The translations under genes were made by a program, and so were the position numbers. The notes below the pieces were generated by a model. That model worked only from the letters and a program-made list of their open reading frames with translations, was not told the origin of the DNA and made no database searches. Shown piece after piece: positions 52,722-64,000 of a stretch of DNA of 64,000 nt. Every line of letters begins with the position of its first letter. Position 1 is the first letter of the stretch. Source of the DNA: Magallana gigas (lineage: Eukaryota); the NCBI RefSeq assembly GCF_963853765.1, contig NC_088854.1:14632001-14696000 (forward strand), given 5' to 3'.

Positions 52722-53804
52722 TTTTTAGCTCACCTGAGGGTGGGGCCACAATGGGGGGGGGGGTCGAAGTTTTACATAGGAATATATACAGTATATCTTT
52801 AAAAATCTTCTTCTCAGAAACTAATCAGTCAGGAAAGCTGACACTTGTGTGGATGCATCCTCAGGTAGTGTAGATTCAAAGTTGTGAAATTCATGATCCC
52901 TGGGGGTAGGGTGGGGCCACAATGGGGTGGTCGAAGTTTTACATAGGAATATATAGAGTAAATCTTTAAAAATCTTCTTCTCAGAAACTAATCAGCCAGA
53001 AAAGCTGAAACTTGTGTGGAAGCATCCTCAGGTAGTGTAGATTCAAAGTTGTGAAAATAATAACCCCTGGGGTTAGTGTGGGGCCACAATGGGGGATCGA
53101 AGTTTAACATATGATTATATAGAGTAAATCTTTAAAAATCTTCTTCTCAGAAACTAATTAGCCAGGAAAGCTGGCACTTGTGTGGAAGCATCCTCAAGTA
53201 GTGTAGATTCAAATTTGTGAAAATCATGACCCCTGGGGACAGGTTTGGGCCACAATGAGAGGTCGATGTTTTACATAGGAATAAACAGAGTAAATATTTA
53301 AAAATCTTCTTCTCAAAAACTAATCAGCCAGGAAAGCTGAAACTTGTGTGAAAGCATCCTCAGGTTGTGTAAATTCAAGGTTGTGAAAATCATGATCCTC
53401 AGGGGTAGGGTGGGGCCACAATGGGGGGTCAAAGTTTAACAAAGGAATATATAGGGTAAATCTTTAAAAATCTTCTCAGAAACTAATCAGCCAGATGATT
53501 CTTTATAATTATTAAGACTTTGGCCCCAGGACAATTCTTTGGCCTCACGAGAAGGTTCAGAGTTTGATGTACGTTAATATCCGATATATAAACTATTGTT
53601 AAGGATCTTTTTGAGAACTGCAATACTCAACATATGATATGACTATAAAATCATCCTGTCAGAAAGGGGACTAATGATTATAAACATAAGAATATCCAGG
53701 GGAAAATGGATTTTATTTATACAGGATCTACATGTATTATTGTACATTGTCCAGATAGTTTGTATTATGACTCCATTAAGCTGATTTTATCATACCTATT
53801 GTTC

Positions 53805-53840
<36 letters not shown>
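52722..53840 (+). mobile_element. HINE / Helitron-N2-type element carrying a 166-bp Cg170-like satellite array (about 4.5 monomers)
   Basis: aaaaatcttcttctcagaaactaat occurs at 52801, 52968, 53134, 53300 and 53466. Subterminal ctcacctgag / ctcaggtgag inverted repeat and 3' palindrome ggcccatgggcc. Confidence 0.9.
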
Positions 53841-53842
<2 letters not shown>

Positions 53843-54278
53843 CAAAGTGTGTGTTGATCAAATGTTACAAAGTCACATTAGAAAAGCGATTATATGACAT
53901 TGTAAAAAATTGAATGTTTTTAAAATATGATATCTTTTGTACAGACACGTATGTCAAATTTCCAGAATGTTTTTATTCTTCGCATTTTGTGTCCTCATTG
54001 ATTGAATTCATATCAGTTTGTCCCATCTGATTTACACAGCTTTCTATTGTATCTTTCTATTGTTAGGAAAGCTTTGCCAAAACTACTCGATGTGATATAG
54101 ATATAACTCCCCGTCGTTGTCATTGTCATTGATGTGAAACAAGAATCAAAAACATGTGACGCAAGCACAAAAGGTGGCTTAAATAAGAGATTGATTCGAG
54201 ACATGTGGGTGTTTTTTAAGATGTTTTAGTTATGTATATGAAGCTTTCAGACCCGTTTTAAAACTTATTTTGTCTAAA

Positions 54279-54930
54279 ATGGGTTCCATTAGAGTCTTCA
54301 TTTTGCTAACTTTGTTTATCGAAACTGGAAGCGTTCCGCTGGGATTTGGATCACAAGTGGGAACCAAGTTGAGGAATTGTACTTATAAAGGCATTGAGTA
54401 TCCACAAGGATCTTTCAAAACGCATGACTGCAAGGAATGTGTTTGTGCAGGGGATGGGGAGATGGAATGCACTGAGACTAATTGCTTTGACTACCCATGC
54501 GTCGACAAAGTCCGCCGACCAGGGGAATGCTGTCCAATTTGTCCCAACGGTAAGCGACCACTGCTCCAATATATCTTAAATCTGCCTGTCATTGTTTTCC
54601 CTTTTGATATCTTACATTTGTAATATGCAAAATATTACTAAATGGTATACGTTTGATNNNNNNNNNNNNNNNNNNNNNNNNNNNNNNNNNNNNNNNNNNN
54701 NNNNNNNNNNNNNNNNNNNNNNNNNNNNNNNNNNNNNNNNNNNNNNNNNNNNNNNNNNNNNNNNNNNNNNNNNNNNNNNNNNNNNNNNNNNNNNNNNNNN
54801 NNNNNNNNNNNNNNNNNNNNNNCCAAAGTTTCTATTCACTAGAATAGAAAATAGAAACTTTGGAACTGTTCATTTTCTTTTTCTTTTTTGATTATTCATA
54901 CTGTGTGCTATCACCTTTCACTCATTTTGG

Positions 54931-55002
<72 letters not shown>

Positions 55003-55247
55003 AGTTATATCATTCAGATGATAAAATGGCATGCATTGAGATGATGATAAAACTTAAATCTTGTTTGTTAAGCATTTACTAATGATATTTTTGTAATACT
55101 GTTTTTTTAACAGGCCAGAACTGCAAAGCCCCCGATGGCACTCTTGTTCGATACGAAGAGGAATACGCGATGTCAGAGAACGTTGTGTGTGTGTGCAACA
55201 AAGACCAATGGGCAGAGCTAGAAGCGTCGTGTAAATCCAGAAAATGA
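54279..55247 (+). CDS. Small secreted VWC-domain protein (about 134 aa)
   Basis: Exon 54279-54549: hydrophobic leader MGSIRVFILLTLFIETGS, then C...CKECVC...C...C...C...CCPICPN. Phase-1 exon 55114-55247: GQNCKAPDG...CVC...SCKSRK*. The intron contains an N gap. Confidence 0.85.
54658..54822. other. Assembly gap
   Basis: Run of N. Confidence 1.
54927..55001. repeat. (TA)n microsatellite
   Basis: Direct read. Confidence 0.95.
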
Positions 55248-55426
55248 AAGTGAAATGATACATCATAATGATGTAGAGATGTTATTGGACTTCATGTAAT
55301 AAAGTTCTTTGTCACGGATGTGCATTTTCTCATTAATTTTTTTCCGTTAAATCCTATTGCATATATTTTGCAGTTCGGGGAGAGTTTATCCTGCAGTATT
55401 CACGACAACAAGACTTTATTTCTACT

Positions 55427-55619
55427 TTACTAACATCACAGATCGTTCATTGGTCGATTCTCCTATAGAGAGCCGAACTATTGGAAATTAAGAATGGTGT
55501 TCCGTGTAACCCCAAAGGGTTTTTTTTTACTAACATCACAGGTCGTTCATTGGTTGATTCACCTATAGAGAGACGAACTATTGGTCATTAAGAATGCCGT
55601 TCCGTGTAACCCCAAAGGT
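55427..55619. repeat. 100-bp tandem duplication (2 diverged copies)
   Basis: ttactaacatcacag.tcgttcattgg...ttccgtgtaaccccaaagg at 55427 and 55527. Confidence 0.85.
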
Positions 55620-56407
55620 TTGTTAGAATGAGTATCAGTCACAGCTACCGATCTGATATGCAGACGACATATGATTATTTTGCTGGATATGAACTACGCT
55701 TCTCTTCTTTATAAAAATATCTTTGGAACAGATAACTTTAAAATTTAAAGATGATATAATACCATTATTAATATTCTTTTATATTTTAAATATGAAGAGA
55801 ACGCAGAGCAAGTGTGCTTGGGGGTTCTTTAAACAGCCACATTTAGGCATTATAGAAGACGTAATATTGATAGTGCTTTAAAACCTTGTACAATTTTGAC
55901 TTATACTTTAATGATCAGTGCGAATTATTATTTCTGATCTGATAATTTACTAAATAATGTTGCTGTGGACATTATTTACCCATATATCCCAAAACGTCAT
56001 CAGTAAATTATCAGATCAAAAGTACACGGTTTTAAAATAATGTAAATGTCATCTAAAAACGATCTGGGTTGTCTCGAACTGCTTATTTCAAAGAGCTCAA
56101 GGCGGCTCTTTTCAGGACCTCCCTAAAACATTTCCATGTCTGTTTTTTACTTAAAATAAATAACGCGTGGTAGAAATAATCGTATTAAATTACTCATAAT
56201 ATTTAAGGAATATGTTTCAACGATATCTTATTGAGAAAGGTGTATCAGATATCCAGAATCAATAATATGTTGTCGGCATATTGCTAACAAAACCGTTGGC
56301 ATTAAACGGAACAGCCGTAAAATAACAATACATTGTCTCTCTGCAGGAGAAAAGATCAGTGGAAAATCCGAGCTGCTAGTAAAATAAAAAAAAAACTCTT
56401 GTTATCC

Positions 56408-56535
56408 TGAATGTTGTATTAAATAACCTCCTCGGTCTCAAATTTTGTTTGAAATATGATAGTAACATTATCTAGCCGATGCTTTTATATTTCAAAGAAC
56501 ATTTTGAGACCAAGGGGGTTATTTTGCAACATTCA
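56408..56535. repeat. Imperfect inverted repeat, about 50-bp arms and 29-nt spacer
   Basis: tgaatgttg..aaataacc.c.t.ggtctcaaa..gtttgaaatat pairs with its reverse complement at 56487-56535. Confidence 0.75.
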
Positions 56536-56636
56536 TGAATACTCGTACTTTATTTCTTGACTAATGTACGTGGTGTTGCTTTGATCTCGTAGATAACTGT
56601 AGTAACAATGTACTAGTAGTTATAAGACGACGATTA

Positions 56637-56775
56637 AACTGAACTGAACTTTATTTATTTTACAACGATTGATAAACAAGTTCTACAACTTATATTAATA
56701 TCTCTCCTTGGCACGGATGTTAGCGCGAGGGGGTCATTGGTGTGGGAAAAAAAAGCCGGAGTACCCGACGAATAC
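56637..56775 (-). mobile_element. SINE fragment (tentative)
   Basis: gtgtgggaaaaaaagccggagtacccg resembles the antisense of the widespread SINE core GTGGGTTT.CTCCGGGTACTCCGG. A short simple-repeat tail lies at about 56637. Confidence 0.35.
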
Positions 56776-57205
56776 TTTATATGATATCTGATAATGCTTG
56801 GCGTTTCTGAATAAACAATATAAGCCTACCTGCATCATTATAGTTGGCAATCCGGATTTTGATACATCCCAAAGTTTGCAATTATACTAGAAATTTCAAA
56901 CTATTAAGTGTGATTTTTTTCCCCTGAAAATACATTTACAGGCATGCAATACTAGTAGCTCATTTAAAACCTACGAAATATATTTCAAATATGCATGATA
57001 ATATAAAATCAAGCCGCAAAGTGACTCTGCATTGACAATTATAAGGATGTAATGATTTCACCATATTAAAACGCAAAGACTCCAAATGATTTTCCGAAAA
57101 AAAGAGTTAACACTGATATTAAACATTCGTTCTTTATTGTATTAGAGCTACATAAAATTATATCTATACATGTATGTTTAGATAAAAAATAACCATCGTT
57201 GAATC

Positions 57206-58756
57206 TTAACCAATTATCAGATTATCGGTAGTTCCGCAGGCATTGCATGTTCTCTGGCATATGAACTCTGCTTTTACTGGATCACTGCATATGTTGATTG
57301 TTTTCACCAGATGCTCACAGTTGTCCTCGGCGTCTACACAGCCTGATGCTGCTGGTACATTAGTGGACGGGGCGGTATAGGGAGAGTGCGAAGTCCCTGT
57401 GGTCGTCATCGTTGTTGGAGTCGACGTCGTCATTGTTTGAGTTGAAGCTGTTGGATGACCAGGATTGTGCTTTGTCGTTTGGTGGTCTGTCACGTGATTT
57501 TGTGATCCGGAGGACCCGCTACACATACGGCAGGTTGATGCACACAGAAGCTGTGCTGAGGCCGGCATGGAACAAATGTCAATGTCGGTAACAAGCACAT
57601 GACAGTTCAACTGCTCATCCCGGCAGTTCGGGTCTGGTCCCTTACAATAAAACAAAAGGAGTTAAACAATTTGTAGGAATTTTTAAAAATCGAAAAGTAT
57701 AACGCCCACTTTTGTAGAGTTGAAAAAACATTTAATGTACAGTGATAATCAGTTGTGCCTTTTTTTACATAACGCCACGTACCAACAAACTAATTGTTGA
57801 GGAAGATATAGGCATTGTGCTTGTTAATGGCGGTACAGAACTGATCGATGACGTCATGGTCGAAGTTGTGGATTTGGTAGCAGTTACTGATACTACAAAA
57901 AGTATCAGTAAATCACCCTTATTAGTTTATAGTGTTCTCCCGAATGCTTCTTTTTTTTAATTTTTGATGTATTCTAGTTTTATTAAGTACCAGTTGAAGT
58001 ACAGTTCTCCTCGTCTGATCCGTCATTACAATCTAATTCCCCGTCACAGCGCCATCTGTGTGGGACGCATGCACCGCTGCTGCATTGATATGAACCACCG
58101 CTACAAGTTGTTGGATGATCTGTAACTATTCAGACTTATAGCAGTCGATTAAGGTATAGTTCTAAAATTCTATTAACTTTTAAACCTATATAAATTGAGG
58201 GGGGGGGGTCGTCACACTACTTTCAATCGATGGCAATGTTACAGCTATATTTATAGGGAGTAAAGAGAGTTCATCTTTTAAAGATAACATCATAATACAT
58301 GTATTGCTTTTATTTGTATATTCTATTTCATAGCCTTTGACTATTTTACCATTTAATTTTTTAAAAATGCAAACACAAACGCATTTATAATTTTATCCAG
58401 GCATGCTCCTCCAAAGTTGTCAATGCTCATAGAAATTACCCATGCATAAATCTTATTGATATTAATTAAAGTATGCCGATAATAAAGTAAAATATAATTT
58501 TCTGTTCGAGTACTCTCAGTACTTTGATGATTTTCCTTATTGGCTTCTACTTTATACGGGCTTAGTGGCTGCTGTTAGTGGCTGCTAGCTTCAGCCTGGT
58601 ATCAAAAAGGCCACATACCGCAATTTTGTTCGTCCATATCGTTTTTGCAGTCTACTTCTCCATCACAGACCCAGTTAACGGGGATGCAGGCCCCGTCTCC
58701 ACAGGCGTATTTGTCATGCTGACAGGTGTGGTTGGCCGTGGGAAGGCTCAACACAC
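57206..58756 (-). CDS. Probably secreted protein: LDLa-LDLa-S/T linker-ShK-T-rich linker-ShK (5' signal-peptide exon not located)
   Basis: Minus-strand exons 58756-58619 ([35 protein letters not shown]), 58119-57991 ([35 protein letters not shown]), 57892-57783 (S/T-rich) and 57640-57206 (two 6-Cys ShK-like motifs ending LCASTCRMC and ICQRTCNAC). Phases 1-1-1-0 join in frame. Confidence 0.85.
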
Positions 58757-60513
58757 CTGAAATACCAGTCTAACTTTAAATCTCTATTTTGGAGAAATAA
58801 GTTACAGAATGCTAAAGGGTTTCAAGATTACCTAAGTAAATTGGGTGCAACTACATGTACCAAACTCGTAATACGATCTACCAAGAAGTAATAATCAACG
58901 TATTGAATGTACTGTTAGCCTATAAATGCGAAGTTTTCTAGTATTCGTTAAAATGTCAATGAAAAACGATTTTAATTAACTTCTTAAAACAAATTTTCAA
59001 CAATCTTGATGTGAAAATATTTCTTTTAATAAGAGAAACGTTAATTTTTTCAAAAGGTTCTTTGGTCAGATTATGGAGAATAAAAACCTAGATAAAGAAA
59101 ACGGCAGTTATGTATACCATATTGTACCTGAACATTAAGTTGGAAAAGATTATTTCGAAGAAATATAATTTCAAGGCACATCGTACTTGTCAATATTTCT
59201 AAAGTTTTTGAAAAACTGTTAAAAGTAAATACCGTTCACACTTTGAAATTAAAGAAGTGAAAGCGCCAAAGAACTTATTTATAATAAGTTTCGAACAACA
59301 GTAGACAAACAATATTGTCATGTTGTGTAGAGTTGTTTTAAAAGCAGGGGAAAGACAGAAGAGTAAGTTCATCATCACATTAATTACCAGTATTCCGCAA
59401 TACGTCTTCTTAAACCAATGAAATTTTAAATTATTATTATTAAGAAATTAATTTCAACCGGTCGGATAATGAAACTTAAGGTGGGAAATTGTCATTTTAT
59501 AGTACATGTACATATGTTATTTTCAAACACAGAACAGTTTGATGAATGATTACCAATCTAGTATATGATAAGAATTAAATCAATTAACTTAAAGAATGCA
59601 AGTGATTGATCTATTCCAAAAAAAGTATAAGAAGGGAACTAAGAAAAGGAAAAGTAAGCATGGTAATATTCCCACTTCTTTAAGGTTATCAAATAGCTTG
59701 TGCCATTACCACTGAGCCTTTTCAATCATATTAAAATGGTTTATTTAGTTGATATACCAGTATGAAACTTGGCCAGGATTTACGAAATTCTTTTATTTTT
59801 CTAAAGCATAAAATTTTGGGGATACATTATAATTACAAAAAGATATTTTTGATTTATAGTGCGTCATCACTCCAAATTTTTTCATGATTAAATTTGATTT
59901 GTTTTCTTTTAGACCTAAATAAAATTATGACAAAATAAAGAGCATGCACAGATTCCTTTTATGGAAGTTCTATACAAATTAAATTAATTGAAGATTTCGA
60001 CACGCGAACACCAGTTGGAATCGTATTGTTACCTGATATTGAACCTAATTTTAAAGGGTTCGGATCGATGTGATCGATGTTAAAGACACATCGTTCGGAA
60101 AGCGTTTTTTTTTTAATTCTTATTTTCAGTATCTTATCCATCATGATATAGGAATTTTATCCAACTTATATTCCTCTATCTTTTTAACATATTATCCAGA
60201 CATATTTTTATTGTTGAAAATCATTAGCTTATTGATAATTCAAAGGAAGCGAAAGTAAATTATGTAGAGGGTATATCATACATGTATGTTTATTTATTTC
60301 AGAATAAAATATTTAAAGAATAAAGTGAATTTGGACAATATTTGCTCATCAATTATATGGTAATTATTTTACCATATAACCAGTGGTTTATATTTCATAT
60401 ACACAATATCCAGTTTTGGGATTTCCTTAAATTTGTGATACATTGGTGGCATTGAATTAAATTTACACAATTAAATGCACAAAACAAAGAGGAAAACTAA
60501 GAGCAATTTCTCC

Positions 60514-60754
60514 ATGCGCGGATCCAGAATTTTTTCCAGGTGTGAATTTGATAAGTTTGAACTATTTGTTACTATGATTTAAGTATAGTGTCTAAATTCC
60601 TGTTCCATTTGCTTATTTGTATGGAATACTAGTATGTAGTACATGTATGTATGTATTGTATAAACATGAATCTTGGTGGGCTGTAAAGCCTAAAGTGAAT
60701 AAAGAATGAATGAATTTTCCGGACCCCCGACCCCTTTTCCCTAGATCCGTGCAT
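60514..60754. mobile_element. Short MITE
   Basis: atgcgcggatc ... gatccgtgcat inverted termini. Confidence 0.55.
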
Positions 60755-62577
60755 TTACTTATAAAAGCAATATTCTTTATCATGCAATTTATAAGCCGTA
60801 TTAGGGACAGGATTTGTATAGGCATTGTCTAATGTCCAGTCCTTTTATGTATCTATTTGCATAATAAAAGACGTTTATTTGTTAAAACAAGTGTTTAAGT
60901 CTGAGTGCTCTTTTATATTTAGTTTGAAAACCGTTGCCACCTTTACCGTATACATGTACTTAAACCGAGTCTTTCGTCGTCCTCCAGCACACAAAGCTAA
61001 CATCATTTCATCATATATAATATACATGTATGTAGCGAACATAAAATCACTGCCATCTGTCATTTACCATGAAAGGCAGTTCGATTTTTTTTTTACATAA
61101 TAACCATACGCCTATGATGCATCAATGAAATAGGATTGTGAAGCATAATTATATAAGGGTCAATATTTACTTAAATATTTCGCATAAAAGGTATTGTTGT
61201 GGGTTTATTTGTTGCCTAGTCTGATAGTTTGATGGAGGATAGTTAATAGAACACAGTACAAAAATGTGCGTTGATTCTTTGGATTGAAATTCAAAGTTGA
61301 CAGACATCCATGGACATTGGGATTTACCTTTAGTCGAATAAAAGACAAAATAAATAAGTAAAAATTCTCATTGCTTAGTCCAAAAGAAATTAAAATAAAA
61401 TTTCCCCTCATATAAAACTCACATGCCAGTAGATTAATGAAGACCATATACATGGATATTCCCCCTGCCATATCGAAGATCCCTTATCATTCCAAGATAC
61501 CATAGCAAGTTCTGTCATTATTTAAGACCATTTATTCACACCTAGATATTGCAATCTACAAATAGCTCAATCTACACTCACGTGCCAAACTTATGTCATT
61601 TTTTTCATTTCCCCTATACATTTCACTGAAAACAAAAAAATTTCTGACGGTGTTTTTTTTTGTTAGATTTAAAAGAGATTTATATTGATCTAGCCAGATT
61701 TGATTTGACATACATTAAAATAGTTTTTTACAACGCCATTTGATATTTTACATATTTTAAACACAACACTAAGATATTTTAGGTGCTTTACAATACACGT
61801 ATATCCTTTGCAATATGCAAGCCAAAAAATCTTCCTTCCTTTGGATTGTTAATGTCAAATCTAATTAACAGAAGGTTAGGAAATATTTAAATACTATAAA
61901 AAAAATACTAGAAAAATTCTGAATTTATTTGATCTTTTCGAAATCGACCAAGAGGTCGAGGTTACAGTGCACTTGTAAGCAATCTTTTTTAAAAGGGTGG
62001 TTTTCAATGAAATATATAGTGAAAAGAAAATAATCAACATACTTTTGGCAAGTAAGTAGGTCAGTGTGTTTGCTTCCAATGTGGCAAATAGGTTTTAAAG
62101 CCCTTTTAGATTTATTACCCCTATCCCTTCCACCATTTTATCACATTGCCATTTATTTAACGATTATACAATGTATATAGAAGAATCCTTTTTGAAAATA
62201 CCGGATTTAATCAATTAATATTTCAGATTACCCTCCACAGGTTGTCAAATACTTATAAATAGCATGCTTTTACACGCAGACAATGTTTATTGTTTTGAAA
62301 ATAAACATAACTATATCATATATTATGATTTCAGAAAAATTTATTCATTTTAAAAAATTCTTGTTTATGTAAAAAAATTAGCATTCCAAATTTCAAATAA
62401 TAGGAAAGTGTAACGAAACATTCATTAACTTACATGAGCATTAAAATTTAAATTACTCTCTCTCTCTCCAGAGTTACGCCCCCTTTTCCAAGCTCTTCAA
62501 TGTGTATGAAAACAAAATCGCATGTTGCGTTTTCATATCGTTGTCTTGATCGGAAATCTTACTAGTCATATACTAGG

Positions 62578-64000
62578 CACGGTAAAGGATTTTTTTAAAT
62601 TAAAAAAATCCGATTTTTTGTTACAAATAGTGTTAATATCATCTTTCTCAAGCTATTTGTAACTTATTTGAGCTTCATATCTCGTAAAGTAAAAAAGTTA
62701 CAGCGTTTGGTAAGACCACCCCCCTGCCAATTTACACTGTTGGATAAGTAGAAAAATGTCCATGGGGTATTGGATTATTAAAACCCCAGAAAAAGTTTTT
62801 CTGAAACAAATTATTCATTAAACACCATGTAAGACTTGAGAAATATGCATTAAATATCATGTGCAATTAATTAAATGTATGATGTTCAGTGCTCATCTGA
62901 TAAATCTGAGCTATACCGGTAATTAAAATGGTAATATTAACTTGTTATTACCAAGTCAACTGAAAAATAGGAAACTTCAAGACAATTAATACAATTTTTA
63001 ATTAAGGAATGTTATATAATACATTTTTTGGTACACATATTTTCAACTTCATGTCCTCTGCGTCTGATCCGATTCTGTTGAAATCTGAAATGAAAAAAGG
63101 TTCAATAATATTACCAAGTGCATATCATTTTCAAAATGCTAGAATGAATAAGCTAATTATTTACAGTTGAGAATCTAAAGATATTTTTCTATAAAATTTT
63201 TAAGAAGTGAGCATATAAATTCAAAAGCATGTAATAGTGTGCATATACAATATAAAATTTCAGCAATATAAAATGAAATTATGATTAATCTTAAATTGAT
63301 GTAGACCAATCAATCTGAGGGCAAGCAGTCAATGTTACAGGTAAAAATGGATACAAATTTTACAGTTTTACTCAAATTATATCTTCTTCAGGGCATTAGA
63401 TTGTTAAATATGATAGTTTAAGAAAAACTAGGCATATGTTAAGTGTTAAAATAAATGCAAAATTAGTGTAATTGTGTAGTTAGTATTTTGGTGCGATGTT
63501 CAAGACAAATTCAATCTGTGTACGTGTATTTGGTGCACCTCTGAAACAAATTGTCTGTGCTAAATTGTGCATTTCCCAGAGTGTTTCAACTTGTGTATTA
63601 GCTCCAGCAATTAAATTTTTTTTCTTCCTCACCTCCGGAACAATTCTCAAATTCCCTTCTTTATAATCATCTTTTAACTTGTATGTGTAAATAGCCACTG
63701 GGTTAGACTGATCATTTAAGTCACAATCATATACAACATTATAAAAGTCAGGAAAACCTTTTACAACACTAATAACCCTTCCAGGCCATTCTCCTTCATT
63801 GAACTTGTGAATTATTTTTTTTCCAACAAATAGAGGATTCTTATGATTTGTCCTTTCCTCCAATGGTCCTTCTGCAGCATCCTGAATTAACTTTTTTAGG
63901 TTTTCTGTAAGTTTTTCCAATGAATAGGCTTTATTTTTTTCACTCATTTGAAATAATTTTTTGTCATTGACACTTTGTTTCAAAACTTTTTGTCTGAACC
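62578..64000 (-). mobile_element. Possible right end of a CMC-group (Chapaev-like) DNA transposon hosting the Spin/Ssty gene
   Basis: A CACGG-starting segment at 62578, about 470 bp past the stop, resembles the CAC termini of CMC elements. The other end is outside the window, so TIR and TSD cannot be confirmed. Confidence 0.3.
63049..64000 (-). CDS. 3' end of a protein with a C-terminal Spindlin (Spin/Ssty) Tudor-like domain; 5'-partial
   Basis: The frame is open to the window edge (FRQKVLKQSVNDKKLFQMS...NLKKLI), then LFVGKKIIHKFNEGEWPGRV...FYNVVYDCD...IYTYKLKDDYKEGNLRIVP. Strong donor GAG|GTGAGG at 63633. Phase-0 terminal exon 63084-63049 (ISTESDQTQRT*). Confidence 0.75.

Noticed and set aside
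54592-54891. ORFs spanning poly-X (also 3934-4131)
   Set aside because: Artefacts of translating through assembly gaps.
55427-55619. Repeat pair considered as CRISPR-like or coding
   Set aside because: Only two adjacent diverged 100-bp units, with no unique spacers and no open frame, in a eukaryotic context.
60470-60516. Minus-strand MEKLLLVFLFVLCI* as the missing signal-peptide exon of the LDLa-ShK gene
   Set aside because: There is no phase-1 GT donor before the stop, and the ATG overlaps a MITE terminus.

Overview
AT-rich, intron-containing eukaryotic genomic DNA with two N gaps. It is most likely a bivalve, probably an oyster (inferred from a Helitron/HINE element carrying a 166-bp Cg170-type satellite). 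There is no CRISPR array, rRNA or intact tRNA. Main content: (1) two tandem, same-strand, divergent T-box transcription factor paralogues (CDS about 6145-12868 and 38442-49429). I reconstructed their exon chains by hand, and both stay in frame. Their tails share a PxDLS-type (CtBP) micro-exon, a TQT/GIQT (LC8) motif and an X-Y exon module that is single in copy 1 and about triplicated in copy 2. (2) A near-intact RTEX-like LINE with one frameshift. (3) Many non-autonomous elements: an identical inverted Kolobok-type pair, Helitrons, MITEs and Crypton-like palindromes. (4) A small secreted VWC gene and a convergent LDLa-LDLa-ShK-ShK gene. (5) At the right edge, a minus-strand gene ending in a Spindlin (Spin/Ssty) Tudor-2-like domain with an intact aromatic cage, probably inside a DNA transposon. 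All exon models are manual predictions without transcript evidence.
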